A DNA stretch of 64,000 bases, taken from a virus. Location: the IMG/VR virus record IMGVR_UViG_3300045988_123953, one strand, 5' to 3'. Both the position numbers and the translations under genes were made by a program. A model generated the notes under the pieces. That model saw nothing but the letters and a program-made list of their open reading frames with translations, searched no databases and was not told the DNA's origin. Positions 18,621 through 28,610 of this stretch are shown here, piece after piece. Each line of letters opens with the position of its first letter. Positions within the stretch are counted from its first letter, which is position 1.

Positions 18621-19012
18621 ATTCATATTGTTTTATTTTAAATCTAATTAATTCATGAATGTCGTACTTTTGTTGAAAAAGTATTCTATATGGAAAATAA
18701 GGAAGATTACGTTGGTTACGAAGATCAAGAACTGTGTAACCGGTATTACAAAGAGGCTGAAGCCATGAGGCAAAAGCAGGACTGGTCTCGGCTTAGGGCT
18801 GTCCCTGCTCCGGCCAAGGGAACGCCATCGCCCGGCTGGGGTCAGCTTGGACGTGGAAATGGTGTCCGTGTTAAGTATGTGAGTATCAATTCAGGATTGG
18901 GAGGAGATAGGTTATGACCGTAGAAGAATTAGCTAATAAAAGATACGGTGGCGAATTTGTTTTCATATCCGAAATAACATTAAAACAATATAATTTCATT
19001 ATAAGGTTTTAA

Positions 19013-19256
19013 TATCCGGACCATAAATGGTCCGGATATTAGCCTAAGCCTTGAAACGAAGGCTACGTTATTTGAGAATAGATAGTTATCTACGGATGTT
19101 TGCCCAAGTCTGTAGCTCTAAGGTGGGTGATTAAACAGGAGTAGTGTATTTGCGAAACAGTGTTGCTTACGAAAAACCTTAAATAACATTGGCGATGGGT
19201 ACTAACAGAGTTTTACTCTGACTTATGTTGAATAAACATTGAAAACGTTTGTAAGT
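19013..19256 (+). ncRNA. Putative omega-RNA (IscB guide-RNA scaffold), copy 1
   Basis: Non-coding segment immediately 5' of iscB, about 90% identical to the segment 5' of the second iscB copy; the differences include two fully compensatory changes in a 6-bp hairpin (AGCCTT-GAAACG-AAGGCT vs AGTGTT-GAAACA-AACACT) and loop-only changes in a second hairpin (CAGAGT-TTT-ACTCTG); begins with a 9-bp hairpin ATCCGGACC-ATAAAT-GGTCCGGAT. Confidence 0.55.
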
Positions 19257-20477
19257 ATGGTGTACGTACAGGATATAAATGGTAAACCTATGATGCCTAC
19301 AACGAGGCATGGTAAGGTAAGGAGACTGCTTAAAGACAAAAAGGCAATCGTTGTAAACCTATGTCCGTTTACCATCAAATTAATGTACGTTACATCTGAT
19401 TACAAACAAGAAATCGTGTTAGGCGTTGATGCTGGTACTAAACATGTTGGTTTATCAGCTACAACGAAAAGCAAAGAACTTTACAGTAGTGAAGTGATCC
19501 TTAGAAATGATATCGTAGATCTTTTGTCTACCAGAAGGGAGCTACGAAGAACAAGACGGAATAGGTTGAGGTATAGAAAACCTCGTTTCAATAATAGAAT
19601 AAAAAGCAAGCGTCCAGGATGGGTAGCACCTTCGGTGAAGTACAAAATAGACGCCCATATTCGTGTTATTGACAATGTATGTTCTATATTACCAATATCT
19701 CGTATTGTTATTGAAGTAGCTCAATTTGATACCCAAAAAATCAAGAATCCCGATATCTCCGGTAACGAATATCAGGAAGGGGATCAACTTGGTTTTTGGA
19801 ACACAAGGGAATATGTCTTGGCAAGGGATGGGCATAAATGTCAGTATTGTAAAGGGAAGTCAAAAGATAAGATCCTTAATGTCCATCATCTTGAATCCCG
19901 AAAAACGGGAGGTGATTCCCCTTCTAATCTTATTACCTTATGTGAAACTTGTCACAAAGAATACCATAAAGGTAATATAGATTTAAAGATCAGAAGAGGC
20001 AAGTCGCTCCGCGACGCAGCCGTAATGGGAATCATGAAATGGAGGTTGTATGAAGAACTAAAATCTAAATACGACAATGTTTCTATGACTTTCGGGTATG
20101 TTACAAAATACAATAGGATTAATCATGGTATTGAAAAATCCCATGTTTCTGATGCCTTTGTCATTTCTAAGAACTTCAACGCGAAACGAATCGGATGTCA
20201 ATATTTAAAACGTTTAATTCGTAGACATAACAGGCAAATACATAAAATGAAAATTTTAAAAGGAGGAAAGAAGAAAAACAATCAAGCTCCTTTTGAGGTT
20301 TTCGGTTTTAGATTGTTTGATAAAGTGTTGTATAACAATGAAATATTCTTTGTTTATGGAAGGAGGAAATCAGGGAGTTTCAATATCAGGGATTTCAACG
20401 GAGAAAATTCAAAAGATGTTTCACACAAAAAGTTTAAACTCATTAGAGGGAAGAGGCATCCGATTATATTAAAGTAA
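19257..20477 (+). CDS. iscB: IscB RNA-guided nuclease (OMEGA system), intact, 406 aa from ATG 19257
   Basis: Domain order read from the translation: PLMP-like N-terminus (NGKPMMPT), RuvC-I (VLGVDAGTKHVGLS), Arg-rich bridge helix (RRELRRTRRNRLRYRKPRF), RuvC-II (IVIEVAQFD), HNH (CQYCKGK...NVHHLESRKTGGD...LITLCETCHKEYH), RuvC-III (KSHVSDAFVIS). ORF track starts at an upstream TTG (19239); copy 2 starts at the ATG. Confidence 0.9.
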   Translation: MVYVQDINGKPMMPTTRHGKVRRLLKDKKAIVVNLCPFTIKLMYVTSDYKQEIVLGVDAGTKHVGLSATTKSKELYSSEVILRNDIVDLLSTRRELRRTRRNRLRYRKPRFNNRIKSKRPGWVAPSVKYKIDAHIRVIDNVCSILPISRIVIEVAQFDTQKIKNPDISGNEYQEGDQLGFWNTREYVLARDGHKCQYCKGKSKDKILNVHHLESRKTGGDSPSNLITLCETCHKEYHKGNIDLKIRRGKSLRDAAVMGIMKWRLYEELKSKYDNVSMTFGYVTKYNRINHGIEKSHVSDAFVISKNFNAKRIGCQYLKRLIRRHNRQIHKMKILKGGKKKNNQAPFEVFGFRLFDKVLYNNEIFFVYGRRKSGSFNIRDFNGENSKDVSHKKFKLIRGKRHPIILK

Positions 20478-20514
20478 ATGAATAGATTTAATAAATTTAA
20501 TATAAAAACGTATC

Positions 20515-20820
20515 ATGTATAATAAAGAAATAGTAATATGCGCCGCCATCTGGGTGCAGGACGGCAAGAAGCGTCCCCATCAGCCCACCAATATACCATC
20601 CGGCGCCGTGTTCTGTGGATTGAGACATTGTTCTATCATTTCTCAGTTTGTAGCTTATGGTATTGCTCATAAAAACCGCAGTGTTCAAGGATTTTTGACG
20701 AGCAAGAACCGGTTTTTAACAAGAGAGGAAGCGTCTGAACTTGTTAGAAATAATAATCAAGAAATGGTAGTAGATAGGAGTGCCATTAGAGAACAATTGT
20801 ATTCAGAAGATCTATATTAA
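20515..20820 (+). CDS. Hypothetical protein (101 aa) immediately downstream of the iscB element
   Basis: ORF; followed by a terminator. Confidence 0.45.
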   Translation: MYNKEIVICAAIWVQDGKKRPHQPTNIPSGAVFCGLRHCSIISQFVAYGIAHKNRSVQGFLTSKNRFLTREEASELVRNNNQEMVVDRSAIREQLYSEDLY

Positions 20821-20841
20821 CTAAAAACAAAACAACAAATA

Positions 20842-20872
20842 AAGTCGGATACTTAAGTTATCCGACTTTTTA
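20842..20872 (+). terminator. Rho-independent terminator (10-bp stem AAGTCGGATA/TATCCGACTT, then TTTTT)
   Basis: Perfect stem and T-run read from sequence. Confidence 0.55.
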
Positions 20873-20885
20873 GTATATTTGTGGC

Positions 20886-21209
20886 ATGGCAAGAGGTTAT
20901 TATTGGATACCGCAGACAGATGAAACGTTAAATGGCATAAGCTATTACGTGACTAAGGTAGTAGGAGATATAGTGTTTGATACTAAACGAAAAAGAATAG
21001 TGTTTCAAACTACCAGGTATTTCCCAGTAGGCTCCGTATTCCATTTTACTCACAACTGCTTTAAATACGTCATAACCTGCCGGCTCCGTAAGCCGGGGCT
21101 TTGGTTTGAAGCCAGGAGAGAAGATTCGGGCCCTATTTGCCCTGAAGATATTGAGCGCTTTGAATCGGGAAGGTTTATTCACCGAGATGGGTACATGCAT
21201 TACATATAA
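20886..21209 (+). CDS. Hypothetical protein (107 aa), bracketed by terminators
   Basis: ORF between two intrinsic terminators. Confidence 0.4.
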   Translation: MARGYYWIPQTDETLNGISYYVTKVVGDIVFDTKRKRIVFQTTRYFPVGSVFHFTHNCFKYVITCRLRKPGLWFEARREDSGPICPEDIERFESGRFIHRDGYMHYI

Positions 21210-21213
21210 GCCG

Positions 21214-21252
21214 AACTTGACAATTGGCGTCAAGTTATAATTATTTTTTTTT
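21214..21252 (+). terminator. Rho-independent terminator (stem AACTTGAC/GTCAAGTT, then T-rich run)
   Basis: Perfect 8-bp stem and T9 tract. Confidence 0.5.
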
Positions 21253-21352
21253 CATATTATTTTTAAGCCATCAGACTGAGAAGTTAGATGGCTTTGTTTT
21301 ATCATATGCTTGATTTTTAACTACCTTTGTCTTATAACAAAAATGTTTTACT

Positions 21353-24300
21353 ATGACATCAACGTGTATTATTAAAAGAGATAATAAAAAGAAAGTTGTT
21401 TCTGTCTCTACCAGATCAGGGGACAGGTCTATGTTGTTTGATAAAATAGCATCTATTCCTCTTATGGAGAACAGGGAACGGGCTACTACTGTTTTTAAAA
21501 CCGTATTTTCTAATAAGTTCTTAAAGGCTTTTGGTGACTGGAGAAGGAATGTACCTGTTAATAAACAGGCTTATAATAAGGTAAAATCCAACATCGGCCT
21601 TATTCCGGAAGCCTATAGAGAAAGGGTGCTGGATAAGGCTTCTAAGATGAGTAATCCTATTCTTGTGTCAAAATCAGATGCACCTTATGAAATCCGAGAA
21701 TCGGGCTTTGGATTTTACAGCCAAGATCTGGGTGATAATATTATGTTGGTGGATGCTATGGTCCCGTCAAGTATTTCTGTACCGGAAGGACCGGGAATAG
21801 ACGCCGGACAGTATCTACAAGATGCTATATCTTCGGACTTCACTCCCGTATCTATGGTACAGGATAAGGGTGTTAATTATATGGTTATAAAAGACGGTCT
21901 TAAGATATTTAGCCCAGAAGAGTTACCACAGACAGATTCTAATCCTGTGGGTGTAACGTATCAGACCGGAGAGCCTCGTTTGTTTTTCATGAACGATCGT
22001 AATCAATTATTTGAAGATTACGGAGAAGCTCTTCGCTCTGGCGGGAATGATATTAGAATAGGATTCTTATCAGGCACCGTTCAAGAATCTGCCTGGGATG
22101 GCGTGGCAGACATTACTTACAAAGCTGGAAGGTATGTTCTTAATAATCCCAAATCTTTTATACCGGTCATGACCGCTTCTGCTTCTACTTCTTTATCAAC
22201 AAAAGGTGGTATAATTAACTACCTTATAAAGAAAGGTCTTTTGTCCGGATCTAAGATATTCGATCCTGAAACAAGAAGCTATTATCTTACAGGAGAAGGT
22301 CATACAGGACAAATTAGACTTTTCAATTCAGCCTTATCCTACACCGAGCTCCGTAATCATTTTGGTTCAGATGTTTCCATGAACGACCAAGGTATGATAA
22401 CCATAAGCTCGTTGGATAATAGTAAGGTAACTATGAGGCTCGCCACCGGAGGAACGGAAAGGGTTAGCAAAGAGCAGATAAAGAACGATCTCAAGTCAGG
22501 AAGATACAATGAATTGGACGCCAAGTACGATCATTTTGATGCGCTTGTAGTTTCATTCATATTAGAAGACAACGATCTTTATGCTGATACTAAAGCTAAG
22601 ATCGTATCAGATTATAGCAGGCAGGAACGTGATCAACGAAATTCTATTGTCGAGATACTGAAAACGCTTGGCGTTAGTGTCATAGGTATGACCGATTATA
22701 TAGAGAAGTACCAAACCAAATACGGGCATGAACCTTCTGCTAAGGCATTGGCGGATATTGCTAATAACGTAATAGCAGTTGGTGAAGATGCTACTTTATC
22801 TGATTTAGTAGAAGAAACAGCCCACTTCCTTGTAGAGGCATACAGAGACCAGAATGCTGTTGAGGCTGTTCTGCAAGATGTAGAAGGTACGGAAGAGTGG
22901 AACCAGTATGCAGGTCAGTATTATAATACATACGGTAAGGTATATGAAGGAGCTGAGCTTGATAATGCTGTTAGGAGAGAAATTCTTGGAAAGATCCTTG
23001 CCAGGGAGATGCAGACCGGCACAGCACAGGCGCCGGTAGAGCCCACCTCCTTCCTGGGGCGCGTCCGGCAGCTTCTCTCTGGAATCGTAAACTGGCTTAA
23101 ATCAGCTTTATCTACCCAAAGACAAGATTTGAATAACGTTATTAAAAACATTCGTGATCTTGCTATTACCGACATAGATAAAGGATTTGATACTTCTCTT
23201 TTAAAGGATAATGATTTTACATTATACTCTCTTTCCTCTATGAACAAGAACAAGTTTCTTGAGTCTAAGATCCGGGCATTGAGAAAAACATTGAGAGACT
23301 TACGTCAGATAAGCTCTGATAGGGCTGTAACTACATCTATGACCCTTGCTCAGCTTAAGACCATAGAAGATAAGATAAATAAGGTAGAGACCGAAATAGA
23401 CAAAAATGAGATGGCGGCTGCCATGAATAGCATGATCTCCACAGCCGAAGCTCAGGTCAGATACTTAAGCAATGTAGTAAATACTATCCTTCATGGTGAT
23501 ACCAAAGACGGTAAGCTTCATTTCAATACCAATGATCGAAAGAACGTAGATATTATCAACAATCAGGTTCTTCCGATCATGAACGATCTTCGAGGATATA
23601 TCCGTAACAGAAGTACCGAATTTGATGAACGTGAAAAGCAGGATTATACAAATAGGATCAATACCGTCATTGCCGACATCAATGGTATTCAGTCTGATAT
23701 TAAGTCAGTGCAAGACCTTGATGAAAGTACGTTGCTTGATAAGTTAATGAACGAACTTCATGTGCCGGCAGATAAGGTAAAGAGAGTAAAAGAATTTTTT
23801 GACAAGGTTCAACACGATGTTTCTTGGATAAGTAGGTGGTTCGGTATATTAGAGCATTCCTCCAGCCCGTTCAACAACGCTCTCGGAGCTATGATTGCCA
23901 AAGATAATTACAATGCGATGGTAAATGCCCAGCCCGCTATATCTGATTTCCTGGCATATGCTAAAAAGCATGGTTTTAACAAATCTGAATTTGAAAAACT
24001 GCTTCAGAAAGTAGACGGCAAAACTTCCAATTACCTTCGTAGTGCTCTTGATATGGCTAAATATGATCGTAATAAGAAGTTGGCACAGATGCGTGCGTTT
24101 GCTACTGCCATGAACATAGAAATATCAGAAGAAGAAATCAATGATGTGGTTGACAATAACCGTAATTACGTATTTAAAAGAGAAGTAGTTGACAAGGACG
24201 GAAATACGGTTACTGAAAACGCTAAATTTAAGCCCTCATCTGACAGGGTTAATACTGATATTTTTACCATCGAGCAGGAAAAGATCTATACAGAACAGAT

Positions 24301-27300
24301 GGAAAAGTGGGATGCTGAAAATTCAGAATTGGAATTTAGTGAAAGTTATGCCACAAGAATGGAATCCATATACAAAAAGGCTGAAGAAGAATTGGGGTAT
24401 CCGGTTTCTCAAACAACCAAAGAATACCTTAATGCCCTATCCCGGCAAAAACGGATATTGAGGCAGCCTTTTATTGATAGCGGTGGTAATTTTGATGAGG
24501 TTGCTTACTATAAGAGTAGTAACTACGAAGAAGAAGGACTGCTTCGTAAACAACGTAAGGAAGCAGCTTCGGAATACATATATGTAGGGACCAGACGTGT
24601 TGAAAAAACCGGCGACCAACTGATGATGGCCAAAGAAATACAAGCCATAAATGAAGTTTGGAGAAAAGAATCAAATAATGCCACTAATGCCGTATCAGAA
24701 TCGTTTTTGCAAAAATTAAGAACGATTCAGAACGAGTCAGGAGGAGAAGCTGCGTTGAAGACACTTATGTTGGGAGGTCACCTGTCATTCAACGATCGGT
24801 TTTGGAATGATGTAGAATCAGAACAGTCGGCACGTACCGAATCAAATAACAAGGCTTCGTATCTTAAAATGGCGCATGATATCATTAGTTCTACGACAAG
24901 TGATAGAGATGCGACTGACGTGGATTCTATTGTGAAAGATATAGAAAAAAATAAGGCTATTATCAAGGAAATAATCGGAAACAATCGCGATGTGGCTGAT
25001 ATCGGAGAAATTAACGAAGCGACATTTACCTCATCCGAAAGAGATGCTTTTAGGGCCGCATCTGAAGCTATTGAAGCCGATTACGCTATTTTGATAGATT
25101 ATGCTAAGATGGTGGGTCTTGAAGATATTGATAAGTACCTTACTAAAAGCAGTAAGGCTGAAAACGAAGTAAATCAGTCTTATTTAAATGCTCTTGCTGA
25201 CTCCAAGGAAGTGGAATGGAAGTTCGTACAACGTCATACTACGGCGAAGAAAGCAAAAAGGATTCAGGCTTTAAGGGATAAGCTGTTTAAGGCTGCTGAT
25301 AACCGATATCTGTTTACCGTATCTGAAACCAACTACCTGTCAGAAAAGCTTGGTATAAGCAAAGAATTAGACGGTAGAGATTTCAGGAATGCTGTTAATG
25401 CTAAGATGGCCAGCTTATTTTTAAATAATACAAGAGAAGAGGGCGTAGAAGAAGCTAATGCTATTGTTAATGAATTTGCCAGAAGCCAGGTTTTTTCGTA
25501 CTATAAACGCATGGCGCCTACCGGATATGCAGCTATGATCGACAAAATCGGTCGAGGTGAGATAGATGTGGCGCAAATGGTTAAAGACGTACAGAACGGA
25601 ACATCCACCCAAGATTACGGTATGGACATATCATACCTGTCTTTTGACCCTGCAAGGGCATGGGTGGCTGAATCTGAAGCCGAAAATAGCGGCCGTAATC
25701 CTGATTATGTAAAAGATCATGGGTATGGTCATCGCATGCCCAAGAAAAGCCTGTATCGTGATGAATCGTATTTTAATGACTTTGGTATCAAGTATGATGC
25801 TGACGGTAATGAGGTCGCTACTAAAAACGTAGAGCAGTGGAATATGATTCAAAAACTCAAGGAAATAAAAAGACAATCCCTTGATCTATACAAAGAGCAG
25901 AGCCCGAACCTGTATGCTATTCCACAGATATCAAAACAAGACATAGAACGTGTAGAAGGATTGGGTATTAACTTCAAAAATACGGTTCGTAATTTTGTAT
26001 CAGATCTCTGCCTGGACAGAGTAGACGATTCTCTATACGGTAAAACCAGACAAGGGGAAGTATATGATCCGGAAGATAGGGTTCGGTCCATACCTAAATA
26101 CTACATATATGAATTAGAGAACCAAGATAACGTATCTCATGATTTTGGTTACTCTTATTCGATGCTTATGATGCAATCATCATTATACAACGAAAAGCAG
26201 AAATCTATAGAGCTTGCCCAAGGACTGGAGCAGATGTTACTGAATAAGCAATTTGAAGGCGGTAAGAAAGCTGAAGCAACCCAAGCATATCAGATGTTCA
26301 GGGACTTCTTCAATGACCATTATTATGGCATTAGGATGAACACCAAAAAACTTACGGTGAACATCGGTGGGTACACAGTAGACCTTACCAGGATAATGAT
26401 GGCCGTTGAAAGATTTATGTCGGTTATGAACCTGGCGCTGTCCCCGTTTGTGGCAGCTACCGGCGCCCTTACAGGTCATATCAACCTCATCATGGAATCT
26501 GCCGTAGGACAGTATATAAGCAAAGACTCCCTTAAATACGCATCGGCTGAATTTTCACGCCTTGCTCCATCTTGTATAGCAGAAACCGGAGACATAGATA
26601 GGAAAAGCAAATTATATGTCATAGGTGAGAGAATGGGGATATTCAATATCCGAAATCGTATGTATGGTGCCGGATATAATAGAGTGGCCAGGACCTTAAT
26701 GCGTTCACCTATGTATGCTTTTATGGAAATCCTGAACTACCCTCTTGATCCGCAGGTTATGATTGCTACTATGGACAATGTTCGTTATTACAAAGGCCGG
26801 TTCTACACGTTCCAAGATTTCAAGATGGAAAAAGAACGCAATAAAGAACAGAGTACCATAAAAAGAGAATGGAACGCATTAAAAGATCGTACTTTATGGA
26901 GTATGGTAGACGTCGTGGATGGAAAGGTGGTTGTAAAGCCCGGATCAGGTGTTACTGTTGAGGAAGTTGAAACCCAGATGGCTATAACCAGGAATCAAGT
27001 CCGTAGCTTGTCGCAGATATGTAACGGATCTTTGAATGAAGAAAACCGAACTGCCGCATCGCGCAACTGGATAGCCAGGTTCATGATCGCCCACCGAGGA
27101 TGGTTGGTGCTGGCGGCTCAACGTCTGTGGAAAAGACGTGGCTTCAATTTCCAGACAATGCAAGAAGAGGAAGGGTTGTCAATTACGTTAAAGAATATGA
27201 TAGCCAAAACATTTAGCTTAGCTTCCGAGTCTGGTATGAAAAACATCATAGATGCCTGGAACGAAAATAAAGACAATATGAATGAGGTAGAGAAAACCAA

Positions 27301-27775
27301 TCTCAAACGTCTCAGTGTCTATGCCGGCACGTTTCTTATCATGCAAGCCGTATCTATGCTTCTTGCCGGATGGCGTGATGATGATGAAAACGAAGAAAGT
27401 TGGCTTACTCAATTCGGATCCTATGTAGGATTCAGAACCATAAACGAAATAGCTTCACAGATGCCGTTTATTATGGAGCTTAACGTTGTAGATATCATTA
27501 ACGACCCGTTTGTTATGGGACGGAAGCTGAAGGATCTTACCGATCTTAGGAATTATTCACTTGATAAAGTAACATCCGGTACATACAAGGGAGAGTCTAA
27601 GTTATTTAGGCAACTCGTCAAACAGACGTTTATCAAACAATGGTATAACATTAAGACGCCGGAAGACGTAGCACGCGCCTATAACTGGTGGCAGCAGACG
27701 AACAACAAGTCAATGATGTTTTTCATCGGTGCCACTCCTGATTCAGAAGGAGACGATGATGTGAGCTACAAGTAG
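21353..27775 (+). CDS. Giant hypothetical protein (2140 aa), probably virion-associated; coiled-coil-rich with a C-terminal hydrophobic segment
   Basis: 6.4-kb uninterrupted ORF after a promoter-like AT-rich gap. Confidence 0.65.
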   Translation: MTSTCIIKRDNKKKVVSVSTRSGDRSMLFDKIASIPLMENRERATTVFKTVFSNKFLKAFGDWRRNVPVNKQAYNKVKSNIGLIPEAYRERVLDKASKMSNPILVSKSDAPYEIRESGFGFYSQDLGDNIMLVDAMVPSSISVPEGPGIDAGQYLQDAISSDFTPVSMVQDKGVNYMVIKDGLKIFSPEELPQTDSNPVGVTYQTGEPRLFFMNDRNQLFEDYGEALRSGGNDIRIGFLSGTVQESAWDGVADITYKAGRYVLNNPKSFIPVMTASASTSLSTKGGIINYLIKKGLLSGSKIFDPETRSYYLTGEGHTGQIRLFNSALSYTELRNHFGSDVSMNDQGMITISSLDNSKVTMRLATGGTERVSKEQIKNDLKSGRYNELDAKYDHFDALVVSFILEDNDLYADTKAKIVSDYSRQERDQRNSIVEILKTLGVSVIGMTDYIEKYQTKYGHEPSAKALADIANNVIAVGEDATLSDLVEETAHFLVEAYRDQNAVEAVLQDVEGTEEWNQYAGQYYNTYGKVYEGAELDNAVRREILGKILAREMQTGTAQAPVEPTSFLGRVRQLLSGIVNWLKSALSTQRQDLNNVIKNIRDLAITDIDKGFDTSLLKDNDFTLYSLSSMNKNKFLESKIRALRKTLRDLRQISSDRAVTTSMTLAQLKTIEDKINKVETEIDKNEMAAAMNSMISTAEAQVRYLSNVVNTILHGDTKDGKLHFNTNDRKNVDIINNQVLPIMNDLRGYIRNRSTEFDEREKQDYTNRINTVIADINGIQSDIKSVQDLDESTLLDKLMNELHVPADKVKRVKEFFDKVQHDVSWISRWFGILEHSSSPFNNALGAMIAKDNYNAMVNAQPAISDFLAYAKKHGFNKSEFEKLLQKVDGKTSNYLRSALDMAKYDRNKKLAQMRAFATAMNIEISEEEINDVVDNNRNYVFKREVVDKDGNTVTENAKFKPSSDRVNTDIFTIEQEKIYTEQMEKWDAENSELEFSESYATRMESIYKKAEEELGYPVSQTTKEYLNALSRQKRILRQPFIDSGGNFDEVAYYKSSNYEEEGLLRKQRKEAASEYIYVGTRRVEKTGDQLMMAKEIQAINEVWRKESNNATNAVSESFLQKLRTIQNESGGEAALKTLMLGGHLSFNDRFWNDVESEQSARTESNNKASYLKMAHDIISSTTSDRDATDVDSIVKDIEKNKAIIKEIIGNNRDVADIGEINEATFTSSERDAFRAASEAIEADYAILIDYAKMVGLEDIDKYLTKSSKAENEVNQSYLNALADSKEVEWKFVQRHTTAKKAKRIQALRDKLFKAADNRYLFTVSETNYLSEKLGISKELDGRDFRNAVNAKMASLFLNNTREEGVEEANAIVNEFARSQVFSYYKRMAPTGYAAMIDKIGRGEIDVAQMVKDVQNGTSTQDYGMDISYLSFDPARAWVAESEAENSGRNPDYVKDHGYGHRMPKKSLYRDESYFNDFGIKYDADGNEVATKNVEQWNMIQKLKEIKRQSLDLYKEQSPNLYAIPQISKQDIERVEGLGINFKNTVRNFVSDLCLDRVDDSLYGKTRQGEVYDPEDRVRSIPKYYIYELENQDNVSHDFGYSYSMLMMQSSLYNEKQKSIELAQGLEQMLLNKQFEGGKKAEATQAYQMFRDFFNDHYYGIRMNTKKLTVNIGGYTVDLTRIMMAVERFMSVMNLALSPFVAATGALTGHINLIMESAVGQYISKDSLKYASAEFSRLAPSCIAETGDIDRKSKLYVIGERMGIFNIRNRMYGAGYNRVARTLMRSPMYAFMEILNYPLDPQVMIATMDNVRYYKGRFYTFQDFKMEKERNKEQSTIKREWNALKDRTLWSMVDVVDGKVVVKPGSGVTVEEVETQMAITRNQVRSLSQICNGSLNEENRTAASRNWIARFMIAHRGWLVLAAQRLWKRRGFNFQTMQEEEGLSITLKNMIAKTFSLASESGMKNIIDAWNENKDNMNEVEKTNLKRLSVYAGTFLIMQAVSMLLAGWRDDDENEESWLTQFGSYVGFRTINEIASQMPFIMELNVVDIINDPFVMGRKLKDLTDLRNYSLDKVTSGTYKGESKLFRQLVKQTFIKQWYNIKTPEDVARAYNWWQQTNNKSMMFFIGATPDSEGDDDVSYK

Positions 27776-27988
27776 ACGAAGAATATCGGACTTGCATTGT
27801 TTTTGTATGATTCCAATATGTTATATTAGCATCGTCAAAGAGTAGATTGTACGTTTTTTGTTCTTACTTGAAAGATTATGCAGGTTAAATTTTTTCTGAA
27901 ATTGTTTTCTTACCGGTTCTCAGTCAGAGATGATAGGGAACCGGTTTCTTTTATGTTGTCAATTATTGCTATCTTGCAAACAAAAATC

Positions 27989-28606
27989 ATGAGACGAAGA
28001 TTTCAAATAGGGATGGGGGTAAATCCCTCGCTTATAATCAATAAAGGCATATACATCCAACATGTAGATGGAGGATTATATACAAAAGAAAATTGGTCTA
28101 ATAAAGGATATTCCAATGATCTATGCAATGGAATAGCTCTTGTAGATAAAGTGTGTTTTGTTATAGCCACCGAATATATTGGCACATTTAGTTGGGGTAA
28201 GGATGGAAGAGTAGACAATGTATTTGCACAAAATAGTTCTTATATGGAGACCGTTAAAAAGGATTATTGGGGGCGTGAAAATCAGAATGCGTATCTTGAA
28301 TATGATACCAGTAATGAAAATTACGCTTTTAATAAAGCTAATAGCTATTTATTTAAAAATGGTCAAAATGGATATGTAGGTGGCGCCGGAGAGTTTTTTT
28401 TGATATCATTGTATGCGAATGAAATAAACGAATGCCTTTTAATGGTAGGAGGTACGATAATGAGTAATAAAATGTGGACATCCACTCAATCTACACAATT
28501 TACCTATTCGTGGTATTATGATATAAACATCCAAGGAGATCATTTGGATACAAGTACAAGGAGTAATCCACGTTATGTCCGCCCCTTTACCGAATTAATT
28601 TTATGA
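27989..28606 (+). CDS. MRRRF-N-terminus family protein, paralog 2 (205 aa)
   Basis: ORF track opens at 27878, but the conserved MRRRF start maps to ATG 27989; contains a T8 tract in frame (28393-28400). Confidence 0.5.
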   Translation: MRRRFQIGMGVNPSLIINKGIYIQHVDGGLYTKENWSNKGYSNDLCNGIALVDKVCFVIATEYIGTFSWGKDGRVDNVFAQNSSYMETVKKDYWGRENQNAYLEYDTSNENYAFNKANSYLFKNGQNGYVGGAGEFFLISLYANEINECLLMVGGTIMSNKMWTSTQSTQFTYSWYYDINIQGDHLDTSTRSNPRYVRPFTELIL

Positions 28607-28610
28607 AATT

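Noticed and set aside
18690-18917. 75-aa ORF upstream of the IscB element
   Set aside because: Pro/Gly-rich tail of odd composition and no SD; may be a fragment of a gene disrupted by the IS-like insertion, or spurious. Not listed as a feature.
5251-27775. Assigning the giant proteins as crAss-like virion RNA polymerase
   Set aside because: No DxDGD-type catalytic motif or double-psi beta-barrel signature could be recognised by eye. Left as hypothetical giant virion-associated proteins.
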